Shown: positions 11,988 to 26,375, counted from the stretch's first letter. The stretch: DNA of 64,000 nt from Hormiphora californensis (GCA_020137815.1 CM035353.1:4464001-4528000); one strand, 5' to 3'. Notes: a model not told the origin generated them from the sequence alone. Translations and numbers: made by a program.

Positions 11988-13646
11988 TGTGCAGACTCTG
12001 CTACTGAGCTACTCTAGTGTTCTTAGTGACGTCAGGCGTGGAACGGAGTACGGTGTACCGTGCGTGAGTGCGTGAGAGGAGATGAGAGAGGAAAGCGAAG
12101 AGTTCTCTAAAATCGTTTTTGAAGAAAGTCTTGAGTGCCCTATAACCCAGTTCTTCTACTTTATACTTAGTTAAATCTTGTAGTCGTTTGATTTATAAAA
12201 ACAACCTAATAAATAACCTTGTTCATCCACTGACCACTCATATAATCATGACACACGGCGTGCCTGGTGAAATTTTAACACGACCTAGCATGCAACGGGA
12301 AACCACCACTTGTACGTGGTAGCTGAGGGTCTACAGAATGGCGCTACGGTGCGGGAAAAAAAGTCCATGCCCTAAAATCGTTTTTTTTACTTTTATTTGA
12401 TTTGGGTCAAAATTGGCTATATTAAACGTGGTCCCGAAAAATCCATAATGACTTAGCACACGAAATATGTCACCCCCACCTATTTTTGCACGTAGAATCG
12501 ATTGCCGTTGAAGTGGAATCTCTAAAATGACTGTAAAATGGTCAAAAGTTGAATTTTTACAATTTTTTGGAGGTTTTTGGCCCCTAAACCATTGAAAACG
12601 TTGAGATAGGAATTTGAAACTAGTGCCAATCGTTAAAATGGTCATTTTTCTACCAAGAACCAAGTTTTCGTGTATATCCGATTTATGGTTAGATTTGGGA
12701 AAATTGTTGAAATCTGCCAACTAGGAGAACCGTAACTTGATTTTCTTGTTTTTTGGATTTTGGCATTTTTGACAAACTTCTGATTGAAATGGTCAATCGG
12801 GACCATGCTTAAGTTGTTTATGGAACAATTTTCGACTAAAATCCAAGATTTCATACCAATCCAATAACAGATCGTTGATTTATAGAAAATTTAAGTAGGC
12901 AAAACGGTCAAAATGACAACTTTTCTTGCTTATTTTGACCGTTTTGCCTACTTAAATTTTCTATAAATCAACGATCTGTTATTGGATTGGTATGAAATCT
13001 TGGATTTTAGTCGAAAATTGTCCCATAAACAACTTAAGCATGGTCCCGATTGACCATTTCAATCAGAAGTTTGTCAAAAATGCCAAAATCCAAAAAACAA
13101 GAAAATCAAGTTACGGTTCTCCTAGTTGGCAGATTTCAACAATTTTCCCAAATCTAACCATAAATCGGATATACACGAAAACTTGGTTCTTGGTAGAAAA
13201 ATGACCATTTTAACGATTGGCACTAGTTTCAAATTCCTATCTCAACGTTTTCAATGGTTTAGGGGCCAAAAACCTCCAAAAAATTGTAAAAATTCAACTT
13301 TTGACCATTTTACAGTCATTTTAGAGATTCCACTTCAACGGCAATCGATTCTACGTGCAAAAATAGGTGGGGGTGACATATTTCGTGTGCTAAGTCATTA
13401 TGGATTTTTCGGGACCACGTTTAATATAGCCAATTTTGACCCAAATCAAATAAAAGTAAAAAAAAACGATTTTAGGGCATGGACTTTTTTTTCCCGCACC
13501 GTAGCGCCATTCTGTAGACCCTCAGCTACCACGTACAAGTGGTGGTTTCCCGTTGCATGCTAGGTCGTGTTAAAATTTCACCAGGCACGCCGTGGACAGA
13601 CAATGATGCGGTGCCGGTACTGGGAGACACAGGCCCAGGGGCCACA
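11988..13646 (+). mobile_element. Solo LTR (314 bp, TG...CA, 4-bp TSD AATC) interrupted by a foldback element
   Basis: aatc|TGTGCAG...GGCCACA|aatc; near-identical uninterrupted copy at 32345-32658; internal AATAAA on + strand suggests orientation. Confidence 0.9.
12254..13594. mobile_element. 1341-bp non-autonomous foldback DNA transposon, Chapaev/CMC-like (CACGG...CCGTG, 4-bp TSD GACA)
   Basis: ~660-bp near-perfect inverted arms (12254-12914 and 12932-13594) with a 17-nt loop; TSD defined by the empty site catgacagacaatg in the 32345 LTR copy. Confidence 0.9.
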
Positions 13647-13857
13647 AATCGTAACGGATAGAACATCTCTCGGTTCTTAAAGACAACCTAAAATCCTCGA
13701 ATCACGTAATATGCCACATCGTCCCTCTGGTCCAACTATATCCTCAGAATATTCCTACATGACACCTCCTAAGTTACTTAATCGCTAACAGAGGGAACCT
13801 AGGGTGCTTACTGCTTTCTTTTCAATCGAGGTCTAATCGCCTCCCCGCCATATTCTC

Positions 13858-15010
13858 CAGCCTAACTAGTCAATCCCTCGGGTGAAGCAAGCAATTCAGG
13901 TTCAGTTGAGAATCCCTCACTAGGATCATAATTATTATCAATCAGGAAGAGGGAACAGTATAATCAGAAAGTATAACATAGTAAATTAATCCCAAATTAA
14001 TAGTATCTTAGCAAGTTATGTAGTAAGCAGTTAATTAAGAAGACAATAACATTTAATTAATACTATTCTAGATTCACAGACGGGTCCATTAAACTATGTT
14101 TTGCCTGGTTACTTAATTAACCCCTGTTTAGTTCTGACCATGGACCTAGACATCCTGATTCCTGAAAGACATTCTAAAGTGCCCCGTTTGTTTTGAGCCT
14201 CCTCTTCGATATTGAACGGGAGGAATAATATAATTGGTTACTTTAAATTCATAAAACTTTATCTGCTCAATAGTTATATAATATCGTGATACATTCATCA
14301 CAAGGGGAAGTCGAGGACAGAATAACTCTATCCCTGCAGATGGCACAGGAGATGTTTGTCATCGGTGGAACTGGGTTACCCGAAGTAGTTGGCAGAGCAA
14401 GCCTGTCCACCCAGGGTGCTACAGCGGACCTCCAGAGGAAGAAGCTACTGATGATGGTTCAAACGCCTACAAGTTTTGGAGCTTGGATCATATGGCTGCA
14501 GAAGCGCCGTATGTAATATGCAATACCATGTATGTAAACTCAATATGTAATAATACCAGTACGATAATATAATCACTGAGTGGCATGGAGAGATACTGTT
14601 CTTGTTGACTTGTTACTCTCCAGAATTCGAAGGAGCAATTCACCATGCTGGATCAGTTGGCCGGGATTTTTGCATGTCTCAATCCTGGGTCTGCACTGGA
14701 TGAAAGATAATAACATGCTTACTGCATTCAGGAGTTTTTTCGAATCAGTAAACAACCAATGGGCAAAAGGACTTGTTCCGGATTTTCACCTGACGATTGA
14801 CGATTGTCCAGCCTAACTAGCCAATCCCTTATTGTGCTCGGGTGAAGCAAGCAATTCAGGTTCAGTTGAGAAACCCCCACGTAGGATCATTATTATTAAT
14901 CAGGAAGAGTGAACAATATAATAATAAAGTATTACATAGTAAATTAATAGTTTCTTAGAAGTTATGTATAGTAGGCAGTTAATTAAGAAGACAGTAACAA
15001 TAAATTAATA
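13858..15010. repeat. ~200-bp local direct repeat pair (13858-14062 and 14808-15010)
   Basis: cagcctaactag..ctcgggtgaagcaagcaattcaggttcagttgagaa... shared by both copies. Confidence 0.85.
14721..14804 (+). pseudogene. piggyBac transposase fragment (region leading to first catalytic D)
   Basis: TAFRSFFESVNNQWAKGLVPDFHLTIDD resembles the AFR...F...P...LTIDE segment of piggyBac/PGBD. Confidence 0.65.
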
Positions 15011-15042
15011 GTGGTCATGCTTCATTTTCTTCGTCGTAAACC

Positions 15043-15410
15043 ATGGAGGCCGTGTTATTGGAGAGACTGGTATGCCCGGTGTGTCGCGAAGTGATCACGC
15101 AGGATCATGAGCTGACTTGTGCCACATAACGTAATTTGATTTGAAGAGATGGAGGAGATTCTATTGGAGCGCCTGACTTGCCCCGTCTGCCGGGAAGTCA
15201 CGGTGACGGATCTGAAAACTTGTCAGAACGCGGGCACGTAACATGCCGTCCTTGTATCATCAGAGGAGCCCTAGCCAGATGACCGCGGTTTGTCGTGGTC
15301 CGTGGGCCACGGTAAAACATCTCATCCTAGAGGAGGTTGCCTCACTATTGGTCATACCGGAAGAGGAGCAAACCCCCAGATGCCCGGAATGTCATCTGGA
15401 ATTCTATTAT
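15043..15410 (+). pseudogene. Two further SINA-like RING gene 5' fragments (starts at 15043 and 15149)
   Basis: MEAVLLERLVCPVCREV and MEEILLERLTCPVCREVTVTDLKTCQN..GHVTCRPC..VCRGPWATVKHLILEEV..CPEC, frameshifted. Confidence 0.7.
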
Positions 15411-16288
15411 TTAACTATGATTGTAGAGTGTTATGCTATTTGATCGATTTAAAATCACATTGGGAAATTAGAGAACACCACGTGAGCAAAACGGCACATA
15501 ACCGTTAGATGATATCGATAACATGGGGAAATTTGGGCTCACCGTGAGCAAAGCTACAGTATCTAGAAAGTTCGGATCCAGCACGGCATCACAACAGATT
15601 ATCAGGGCCGAATTCAACAAGCCGGAAATAGAATACGAAACTCTATTAAAGATACCATTTCTGTACACCGGTATAACCACACGAGAGAAAGATAATCGCA
15701 TATTTCTCAAAGAGGATGCCCAATCACAATTAGAGACCTTGGAGTCAGTCCAAGCTAGAGTTTGAGGGGATGGCCACTGAACTCTTTAGGATGGACTTGG
15801 CCACCGAACTATTTAGGAAATCAGTAATTGGCAATAATAATACAGGTGGAACAGTTGAGGCATATATCAATACCCCTGCCGCGTAACAAAGTATAGTAAA
15901 ATTAGTATGATAAGTTAGGAAGAGAATAAGGAATTGTAGTAATTAAACAAGACAGTAATCTCCTGGTGACACACTCAATTGGATGCAAACGTAGCTAAAC
16001 GTAGGAAAACTCAGTCACAGAGGGAACAGCTTGTGTTTGAGCGGGAGAAAAGGACCCTTCCTGTCCAGTCTTTGGGAGGCAGCTTCCTCGCCAATAGGAA
16101 AATCACAAGATAATCTTGGGGAGGCACAGGACGATTGGACACTGGATGGCCCTCCTATCTAGAATAGAATTTTGAACAAAATAGCCCCCTACATTCAGCG
16201 AACACAGAGACTCTGGGATGTCCATCGTCTGGAATAGAAGACAATCAATACCACTGAGATATTAGAGGCGATAAATCAAAGAGAATAT

Positions 16289-16400
16289 GGCCAAGGTCTT
16301 GCTGACGACCTCTCATTAGAGGATCCTCACCTGAAGACTTGAGAACCCGGACCCAAAATTTCATCAACCTAGCAGAACAATGGTGTGACAAAAACGGCAA
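16289..16400 (+). pseudogene. Non-LTR RT fragment (ADD motif region)
   Basis: GQGLADDLSL..(frameshift)..RTQNFINLAEQWCDKNG resembles the xADD..Q..W..NG RT segment. Confidence 0.6.
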
Positions 16401-17185
16401 TTGGAACTCAGTGCAGGAAAATCAGCGATTGTTATATTCACACACAAACACAGGTTTTCCCTTAGCTCCCCTACTGCAGTGGAATATTAACACAATGGAG
16501 TTCCTAGAATCAACTAATCAGAGAGAATTGCTAGATGTTTGGCAAAGAAATTGCAGCAGTACACGAATGATAATTATCTTTTGTATAGTGTTTACAGTAC
16601 AGATTGGTATAATAAATTTGTTTTCATTACCTATTTCAGTTATGAACAAACATCAACTGTGTACAATACACGGCGAAGCAGTAACAATGGTGGCAGACCA
16701 CAATAAAAGAGACACGAAAGGTTCATATCTGACCTTTCTGGTAGGGGGGTCCTTATAAAAAAGTGTTATTATTTATAGTTTGGTTCTTTTTGTAGGCTGA
16801 TCAATCAGCAAAAAACGTTAAGAGAGTGCCTAGTAGAGCAGCTATAATCAATCCGGTAATACTTGCTCGCCAAGGCCTAGCTTTCCGAATGTACCCTAAG
16901 TACACATGATTAACACATTAACATGCCCCCCACTGGTCCAATAATTTATCAATTTACCAAGTGGTCCCCGTGGTCTCTGATGGAAACGGCCCTGTCTGGC
17001 AGCCCCCTCAACCTTCTTGATGAGATGATCCATGTAGGATATCTCGACTCTCTTGGTTCGTCTCAAGGTCGTCACTAAAGGGTGGTGGTTATTACAATAC
17101 TCTCACTATCACTATAGCTCGTATAATATAATTGGTTCGTATAATATAATTGGTTACCTTAAATTTATAAAACTAAATCAATTAA

Positions 17186-17411
17186 AGGTCCCCCCAAACT
17201 ACTATGTCCCTTGCTGCGCGCGACCGGATTTTAGACGGCCATAGCTCCACCCCCTGATAAGATAGAGACTTGAAATTTGTTTTGTAGGGAGATCATATCG
17301 AGTTCTTCGTACAAAACAAATTTCAAGTCTCTATCTCAACAGGGAGTGGAGTTATGACCGTGGGAAATTTCACAAAACCCGAGTGAGGGACATAGTAGTT
17401 TGGAGTGTACT
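17186..17411. mobile_element. Palindromic MITE, Kolobok-like (TTAA site, AG...CT termini)
   Basis: ttaa|aggtcccccaaactactatgtccct ... agggacatagtagtttggagtgtact|ttag; perfect 27-bp inner arms within 17260-17336; flanks are joined without it near 20450-20480. Confidence 0.65.
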
Positions 17412-17557
17412 TTAGGGGAAGACGAAGATATAGTAACTCTGATCTTTCTAAGCACGCTCGATTGAAAGATATTATGACGAATTGGATAATAACATGAGAA
17501 GAAGAGCTGATTTATGATCTCTACAGGAAAGGAGACTGTGCCACGCTCCACCCATTG

Positions 17558-17745
17558 ATGGTTTCAGTGCTAGACTTGCCACCAGCATTAATGGGAGTCG
17601 CACATCATGGTTCCATTCTATTTTATCAAAACAACAGACAGCTTTATGATCCGCTCCTTAAGATCTTTATTGAAGAAATGAATATTTTAAGCTCTATGGG
17701 ACTTGTCTGGGAGGCGTGGGGGAAGTCATGGAGGACTGTAGCAAA
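17558..17745 (+). pseudogene. CACTA/EnSpm (Tnp2-like) transposase fragment
   Basis: SVLDLPP...PLLKIFIEEMNILSSMGLVW resembles the LPP...L..F..E...L...G..W CACTA segment. Confidence 0.55.
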
Positions 17746-20214
17746 ACATCGCCTGCGATGCACCAATGAAAGCGAAAATTCTGTGCATTAAAGGGCACGC
17801 TGGCTGCAACAGCTGCCCTAACTGCAACATAGTTGGGAAAATGTTCGACAATCGAACTGTGTTTCCTGCTGATCAAGCTCTTAACGTGATGGTAGAGCGA
17901 GAACTTTAAGACGCTGGTCAGTGAAGAGATAACCTGGAAAATTGCAGGAAATAATCAAGAAATGCATACCACAACAAGGTAGGAACCGAATTGTCTAACA
18001 ACTTCTTTACTATCCCACCCAACAGAGAGAGAATTTAGAGGACCGCTGAGGCACACGTATAAAGGAATCCTTCAGGAAGATATGATAAGAAACAGTAATT
18101 AGTAACATGATACATAATTGTGTGAAAAGGATAGTAGATTTTAGTAGTAGCTGGTGGAAATGATCACAGCCGACAGGATTATGAAATGGACGAGGAGATA
18201 GGAGATACGAGAGTGATGGAATTGGAATATCCACTATATATCCATCAGCTACTTTCACTTTCATAATCGAGAAGAAAGTGAAAGTAAATCATACTGCAAA
18301 ACACCAATATTCCAACAACTATAGGGGCTACCCCTCTCACCAGGATGCAGACAGCCCTTCTGGCGATGCAACTAATGGACCAAATTTATCTCCCTTATGT
18401 GGCTACACAATCACTTTCTAAACATATAGGGCTTGAGATTTCTGATAAACCGGGAAAGGACGTTGGCTCACCGTATCAACTACCTACCACTTCCACACTT
18501 CCAACATCTGGCGACTCCGATCGGGTCCAAAGTGCACCCTTGCGATATAGATACACTCAAGTTCACCCAATTGTTTAATACGTGAATATCATACCTATAA
18601 ATTAAATCAATTTGTTATCCTGTTTCAATGTTCATATATGACATAGGGCCACCTGAAGAAATAAAGCGGGAGTCCCGTAATGAGAGGATCAGTCACACGG
18701 GATGACAGGAAGACCAAGCCACAGATCATCAAAGTGTATGATTTTAGGAACGGATGTATTTTAGGAACGGCCAACGGGTAGCCAAGTACTCCACCAAACC
18801 GAAGTGTAACCGCTGGATCTTGAATCTTGATGGCGTTCTATTTCCTCCTTGACACATGCCGGGTAAACGCCCAAACCATCTGGGCGATGAACAATGGGAA
18901 ATGTTGGGTTAATCAGAGGGAGGATAAGGAGCCACAGAGAAATCAGCGACAGGTCAGCGAGAGAAAGATCAATAACTAGGATGTTCTTCAGAATTGTGGA
19001 CCCTCTGTTGGAATACCTTGCCCCGGGAACGCCAGTCATGGTAACCTGCACGGGTCTACGAGATGGACTGATTGGCTTAATTTTGTTGACACAGGAGGAT
19101 ATTTAACTCCTTGGGGACGATCGGGTCACAGGTGACCCAGTACTTTGAACCCATTTAGCGTCTTTATAAATCATGTTTGAAATATGTTTAAAAATATCGA
19201 GCGTATGCACGCTCCGGGGGTGGGTGTTGGTCAGTATTTGCTCAGCATATGCACGCTGGACACTGACCAAGCCCAACAAACCCATACTGTGTCAATGAAT
19301 ACCGGTAATACACTGTTTAAAATTTTAATTCTTTGAAGTGTGTACTGTGTGAGATCTTTGAAGACCAGCGGTGATACAGTGATTTAGAGATTCCCTAAAA
19401 ATGCAGCATAATATTGCACTGAACTTCGCAGGACGGACGCTGATCTATCTAATGGAAGTATACGAAGTGGCAACAGATAAAATGCAGAATATGCAGACTT
19501 TGAACACCGGATAACATTCAAGAAATATGCTTAGTTATTTCCAGTACACGACAGAAGGTTCCATAAACCAAAGCAACATCACAATTAGTCAAAGAAAATA
19601 GCTAGTCACTAAGTTAATAAGATTACAATTTAAGAGTTAATAATAAAGCAGAAACTGATATTTCTAGAGAGTTCCACTGTATACCTGGGTCAGGCAAACT
19701 ATATATCAGGGTTATCTATTTGGTTACCACGATCTCGGAACACCATGACCTGCTAGGATTCCAGACCTCACTTCTTTTTTTGGGGGTATATAAATCAAAT
19801 AAGAAATCTTTAAAAACTGCCGACCAACCAGCTATTGATATCCCCGAAAATGCAACACAGTACTGCACCGAACTTCGCAGGACGATCGAACTGTAAGCTA
19901 GAGGAATCCCGTTCTACGAAGTAGTAACCGCTGATAAGATGATGCACACAGTTACAATTAGTGTAATCCTGGTGGCTGGTATAGTTAGTCATAATGTGAT
20001 ATTATTATTGTGGGTTACTGGGTTACTGCCTACTGCACTGGATGACATGACAGAGGCCGTGAACCAATGAGTTAGATTGAGTTGGCGACAAGTAGTGGAG
20101 ATTTTCATTTTTGGTAGTATGGGTGAAACATTTGTTTGGCAACCCATCAACACCAGCTGTACCTGGTACCAGAAGGACGATGGTTCCGACCTACCAGCTG
20201 GTAAGAAGAACCAC

Positions 20215-20370
20215 CTGGTTTTGACGAATTATGTTGTAAAAAAAGCTGAGAAAAAGAAGAAAGTACTTGTTTTATCGACCCATCCCGTACTGAGAGGAGT
20301 CACACGGGATGACAGGAAGACCAAGCCACAGAAAATCAAAATTTATGATTACACCAAGGGAGGTACGTTT
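20215..20370 (+). pseudogene. piggyBac transposase fragment (partial second copy at ~18672-18745)
   Basis: LVLTNYVVKK..KKKVLVLSTHP...DDRKTKPQKIKIYDYTKGG corresponds to SYV..K..VLLLSTxH...KP....Y.xTKGGVD of piggyBac. Confidence 0.85.
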
Positions 20371-22961
20371 GACCAATTACGTGGTGATTCACGAATATAA
20401 TAAGCCAGTATGGCAACTAGAATATAATATTGGTTAACTTAAATTTGTAAAACTAAATCAAGGGGACAGTGGTTTTTCTCAGCACGCTCGTTTGAAATAT
20501 AGCATATTATGACGAAGGATAATAACATGAGACGCAGAGCTGAGTTTATGATTAAAATTTTGATTTTGGCGTAGATGTGTGCTGACCTTCAACAATGCCC
20601 CCTCCAGCATCCCCTTACCTGAAACTTATATACCATTTCAGCTACGAGATCAGTTTCAACAGGATTATTCCCAAGTCCTTTCATGGAACAACATATCACA
20701 ACCTATACAAATTGCTAACAAACTATCAATGAGGTTTTCCGTTTTAATGGAAACTAAATGGACAAGAATCAAAAGCCTATTTTAGGCAACCCTTTGATAT
20801 ATGAAGCCGTAATTAGTAAACATTGTATACTCTAGTGTGAAAATAGTAGTATATTTTGGTAGTAGGGTGGAAATAATGGTATATGGACGAGGAGATACGA
20901 GAGTGATGGAATTGGAATATCCACTATATATCCATCAGCTACTTTCACTTTCATATCGATGAGAAAATCATACCGTGAAACACCAAACATTCCAACCCAC
21001 CCACCCATTATACAAGCTTGCTGTTGAGCTCCACTGGATAAGAGGACACATGGGATGTGTAGGCAACGAACTGGGAGATGAGGTGCAGCAGAATCCAGTG
21101 GCTCGTCCCATCAACTTCCTCTACTATTAGCATACCTGAAGACCCGCAACAAAGCTAGAGAAAGAGAGGAGCTGCACCGTGTCCTGCTAAACCTTCCCCC
21201 AGCGCGGGTATTTAATCAAAGAAGAAATCTTTAGGAACTACCGTCCAACCAACTATGACATCCCTGAAAATGTAACACAATACTGCACTGAACTTCGCAG
21301 GACGAACGAACTGTAAGGTAATGGAATCCCGTTCTACGAAGTAGTAACCGCTGATAAAATGATGCAGTACACAGTTCCACTACAATTAGTGACTAGTGTA
21401 ATCCTGGTATTATAAATATAGTTAATCATTTAATATAATGTTATTATTGTGTTCTTGGGTTCCTGCCTACTGTACTGGACGGTGATAGAGGTGAACCAAT
21501 GAGTTAGATTGAGTCGGCGACAAGTAGTGTAACTGTAGTTAGTGTTGTTATAAGAAAAGTCTAGAGATCCAGAGAGTAAAGTTCCGAGACACTTCAGTTA
21601 TTGTACCTATCTTTCTATTTCACCAAAAAGTTCCCGAGCTTTCTAAAAGTAAAACATAAAGCCCGCAATGGAGATTAATGAGAATTGAGACATACCATGC
21701 CAGTACTGCACCTATACCACCTACTACACCAGCTCCACCTGGCCCATTCCCTGATGAAATTCAGGTGCTTTTAACAACAATGGGGCTCAGCTGGAAGAAC
21801 GGGTGAGACTATGCCAAGCTTCTTAAAGTTTGGAAGATAATGCCAATCAACATGTGGCACACTGTGCTTGATAAGGAATTTTCCAAGAAATATGCGAAAG
21901 TAATAATAAATGAAAAGTATAGCTAATAAACGATGTTTAGAACAGACGTCTAAACATGATTATATGTACTATGCTCGGGTGGCCGAATTCGCTATGCAAT
22001 TTGAAAACAGCCCTGAAAATACAGCACAATACTGCACCGAACTTCGCAGGACGGACATACTGGCTAATGAATCCCGTTCTACGTGGTAACAGCCGATAAA
22101 ATGCAGCATGCCATGGAGTTTGTGAATTATGGACACCGGAATAGTCAAAGAACTAAATCAAAGATCCTCTAGTGCCACACATGCAGCATGTTGAAAGAAA
22201 TGTGGCACTGACATCAATGTGTGTTGGTCGAATTACGGGGCACACATGAGACAAGTAGGAATGGCCCTATCAATTAAACGGAACTGAGAGTTCCATGGGC
22301 AGCATAGACGATTGTATCCGATACGGGAAAGGACTGCCTGGTTCAAGATCCCCATTGTCCGAGGAGAGGATTTGGAACAGTACAGATCACAAATCCTCTG
22401 GTTACTACAGTTCCGTGCCACACACAACATGTGGAAAGAAATGTGGCGCTCACATCCAAGTGTGTTGGGAGAGTCACTGGACATATGCGACAGGTAGGTT
22501 ATATGGCCCTGGCAATTAAACGAGTAGAATCCAGGACTGCTTCGGGTAGGTGGAGGAATCAGAGGGACATATAATAGAGTTGCAGGGATATAATATATTG
22601 ATAATAAAGTAGACCGGCATATATTTGTTGATTTCTACTGTTTTGGGGATCAGGAGACCCCATTTCATCTCCTACGGTAAACTTTCAATGAAGTACAATA
22701 CCCGCGGCTGCTAACACCAATGAGTATATGTGCAGAATTCCTTCATACTGGTGCCCTGGAATCATATCACGCTATAGGTAGAACCCGCAATTACACATCT
22801 CCGGATTGACTGTACTCGATAAAAAGAGTTTATTCAGCAGCATGATATCAGCTATAGAATGGAACCGAAATTCACGTACAGAAAAATAATGTATCTAACC
22901 TACGTCCTGTTGGCAATGCTAGGTAAATACCAGTTGACCGAGCCCTATAATATATGAAGCC

Positions 22962-23051
22962 CCGGTGCCAACCCCTACCCCGGGGGTTGCACCCCTCCCA
23001 CTGGCCACTCCAGCACCGGTGCCAACCCCTACCCCGGGGGTTGCACCCCCT
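22962..23051. repeat. Direct duplication of a ~36-bp GC-rich hairpin-forming unit
   Basis: ccggtgccaacccctaccccgggggttgcacccc occurs twice. Confidence 0.8.
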
Positions 23052-24201
23052 CACACTCCGGCTCCGGCTCTGACCACCACCCCAGTGATTCCTCCAGTTG
23101 GTCTGACTCCATTTCGGTGATTCGATGAGAAAGAGATCACTCGAATTCGGGATGGATCGGATGCGGGTGACGGGTGTGGTTCAGTTAGCAACCTCTTCAT
23201 CGAATATTAATGAATATTAAAAACTACAGAACTACCATCCAATGTAATATGTATCTAACCTAAGTCCTGTTGGCAATGCTAGGTAAATACCAGTTAACGG
23301 AGCCCTATGTCAAGCTGCGGGAAAGGGTATTCTTTATTGTGATAATATTGGAAGAGAGATATTGCTTAAAATATATATTCGGCTGATGAATTCATAACAA
23401 CAGTGAAAGTGTTCGGTCACTATAATCGCGACTTATCCAACTAGGCCTAGGATTTCCGGTGAGACCGCTGGAGAAGAGAAAACAGAAGAGACATGGTGTC
23501 TGCAACTCCCATCCCCAGACATCAGCTCGATCTAAAAGATGCCTCCAACAATCCGGGAACCTCACAGGAGGAATTGTTGTTCACAGTTTCAAAACCGCTC
23601 ATATTAAACTTTTTATTTGTTTATTATATGATTTGATCAAGTAGTTCCCGGATGATTTGATGTGTATTCTGTCGTCTTTTAACTTATTATATTCTCGTTT
23701 TTTTCAATATTTTTCATCTTTTTACTTTTATCTTTTAAATCATCATCTTTTTTAGTTGTTTTGGATCAAATCAATGGTGGTGATTGGTGAAATTATGTGA
23801 TTTTATAAATATCCTAAACATTTGCAGTGTATAATGAGCCGTGTATCTGGCCCCATAAAAATCCGGGGTAAATGAAGAACATCACTATGTGGGGATGACC
23901 AGCAACAGCGGTTCTACGGCCACACCTTTTCCTTTCGCCACGAGGAGAAGTGTGGGGATACTAAACTGTCTGAGAAGGTGTGGGACAGGAAAAGAAAGGG
24001 CTTGCAATGGGAGATAGATTGGAACATTATTAGAAAGGGCCAGCCCTCTTGCGATCTGTGCACTTCTGAGAAATCGGTGTAAGGATCCTCGGCTACTGAA
24101 GAAACTGCACAGCTCTAACATAGACAAGCTGTACACTGTACACATTGATGATGGGGCCATGGTAACGGCAGATGAGCAGATTGGTGCAGGTCAGCATGTT
24201 A

Positions 24202-24362
24202 TTGAAATCTACACGGACTACTAGTAAGTGCCCAATGGGTGGGGGCATTGTGGGAGCAGGAGTAGGATGGGTAACGTTCGAGGAAGGCAATCCCATATCG
24301 AATTCCCTGAAACTTAACAGCCAGGCTACCATCTTCCAAGCAGAACTAATGGCCATACAGGT
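24202..24362 (+). pseudogene. Non-LTR retrotransposon RNase H fragment
   Basis: IEIYTD..SK..VGAGVGW...SLKLNSQATIFQAELMAI; related IEIYTDGS piece at ~25317-25342. Confidence 0.85.
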
Positions 24363-25736
24363 ACATACGGCATTTGGTATGATGACTCCCGATTATTGCA
24401 AGAAGCTGGTAGGCCATGTGAAAAAGGGGAAACTGTTCACCTACTTAGCGTGTACTGTTCGGCTCGATTAATCACAATTCACAGACAACGATTTTATAAC
24501 AGGCCATAGTATATATAATTTATAATTTATTCTCGCGTGGAGCTGATTACTATATATAGCAAAGAAGTGCAAATTTGAAGCTAATTTGAAGGATAATATT
24601 CTTTCATTAGCTTGGTGACAACCTTTAAGAAAAGAGGATCAAAAAGAAAAGCTGGTGCCACTCCATGGAGGTGTTCAGCAAATTTCTGCTGGAGTCTGAC
24701 TGGTCGATGTGCGAATGGGACTACTTTGAGAAACGGAACAATTTGCTAAATACTAAAAATAAAGAAAGAGGCAATTGGCCTACCCACAACAGATGATGAA
24801 AGAAAGTTCATTTATGATGCGAAACAAGTCAGCTGGAAATTTAGACAGCCTTCGTCAGCAAGTATGATATACCAAATCTATAAGATTAAACACAAACAAG
24901 TTACATAAACACTCCTCGATCCTACTTTCTTCCCCTATCAGAATTTTACTTGGCACGGACGCCGACAAGATAGACGACATTACTTTCTATCATGTTCCAA
25001 GGAACGCCAGAGATTACATCATGCAGTATACAGAATGTATCCGCTAATTACTTGAGCTAGAAAGTGATCACATATTATTCTGAGTGACTGCCTGAATGAA
25101 CTCTGCTGTACTAGAATTAGACATACACGCAGCTGAGTTCGATACCCTCAACAATCTGTTAAGAGGGAAGGGGGCTATGTGTTTGGCACGGTGAAACTGC
25201 ACCGCTCCAAGATATAGCCAAGCAATTTATACTGTCCACATGGCCATATAGACGATTGGGCAATGGTAGCGGCAGATGGGCAGATTGGTGCAGTGCAGGT
25301 CAGTCGTCAGACTGTAATTGAAATATACACGGACGGCTCAGTTTTCAACTCAACGGGGAGAAGGATAACATGAATCTACCTTACTCTCCAAAATTAAGAA
25401 CAAGCTTTTAAGCAAACCAAAATTAAAATATAGGAAAATTAAGGGTCCTCTTATTACTAACTCTAAAATTAAGCAAAATTAAGCAATCCTGGAGGGTGCA
25501 GATCACGAATTAAGAAACCTGTTATTAAGCAAACTTTTATTAGGGAAATCCTACAGAGAGAGTGTTTGGAAAGAGTCACGTGATGTACATCACGTGACTC
25601 TTTCCAGCCAATAGCGCGCGAGTGTAAGATAAGGGGGGGGGGAGTCATGGTTGTGTTGCAAAGCACCGAGATATGACTAGACGGAGAATTGAGATTTGAG
25701 GGAAAAAATAAAATAAATAAAAGTAAATAAAAAAAG

Positions 25737-25747
25737 AGAAAGAGAGA

Positions 25748-25834
<87 letters not shown>

Positions 25835-25970
25835 AGAGAGAGAAGAAAAAAGCGAGCGAGAGAGCGAGAGAGAGAGAGAGAGAGAGAGGAGAGAAGCTCG
25901 CGTCGCTGCTCTCTCAGAGAGCGCTCGAGAGAGCCCCTCCCTCTAGAGAGAGAGAGAGATAGAGAGAGAG
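25737..25970. repeat. (GA)n microsatellite cluster (others at ~26319-26372, 27290-27380 as CT, 32765-32848, 33690-33882, 57442-57625, 58873-59007)
   Basis: Visible dinucleotide runs. Confidence 0.95.
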
Positions 25971-26315
25971 ACCCCGTTCCTGCTTGCCACTAGGTTTCCC
26001 TAGATTCAGACGGTTTGCTTCTTCTTTTCCCGATAAGTTGACCCTTCTTAGGCTCCGTTCCAGATGGTTGGGCTTCTTTCCAGATAGTTTAGGAGGTCTT
26101 TTGCTCCGTCTCCATGAGCTTTCCCCTTTATATATTTTCTCTTACTTTAACCCATATGTACATTGTTCAACTTACCCTTATGTACATATGTTCTACCTAT
26201 CTTTACTCCGCAGGCCCTCCGGGCCCTCAGATCCAACAGGATCCGGGCTCGGGGGATTTAACCCTGCTCTCGCATGGGACCTTACGGTCCCATGTGGGAG
26301 TGGTGCGTGTAGTGG

Positions 26316-26375
<60 letters not shown>

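Noticed and set aside
12331-13563. Mirror-image ORF pairs (129/145 aa and 70/70 aa) as genes
   Set aside because: By-products of the foldback palindrome; no protein motifs
22650-22675. RT QGDPIS-like motif (GDPISSP)
   Set aside because: Too short, with no flanking RT motifs in frame
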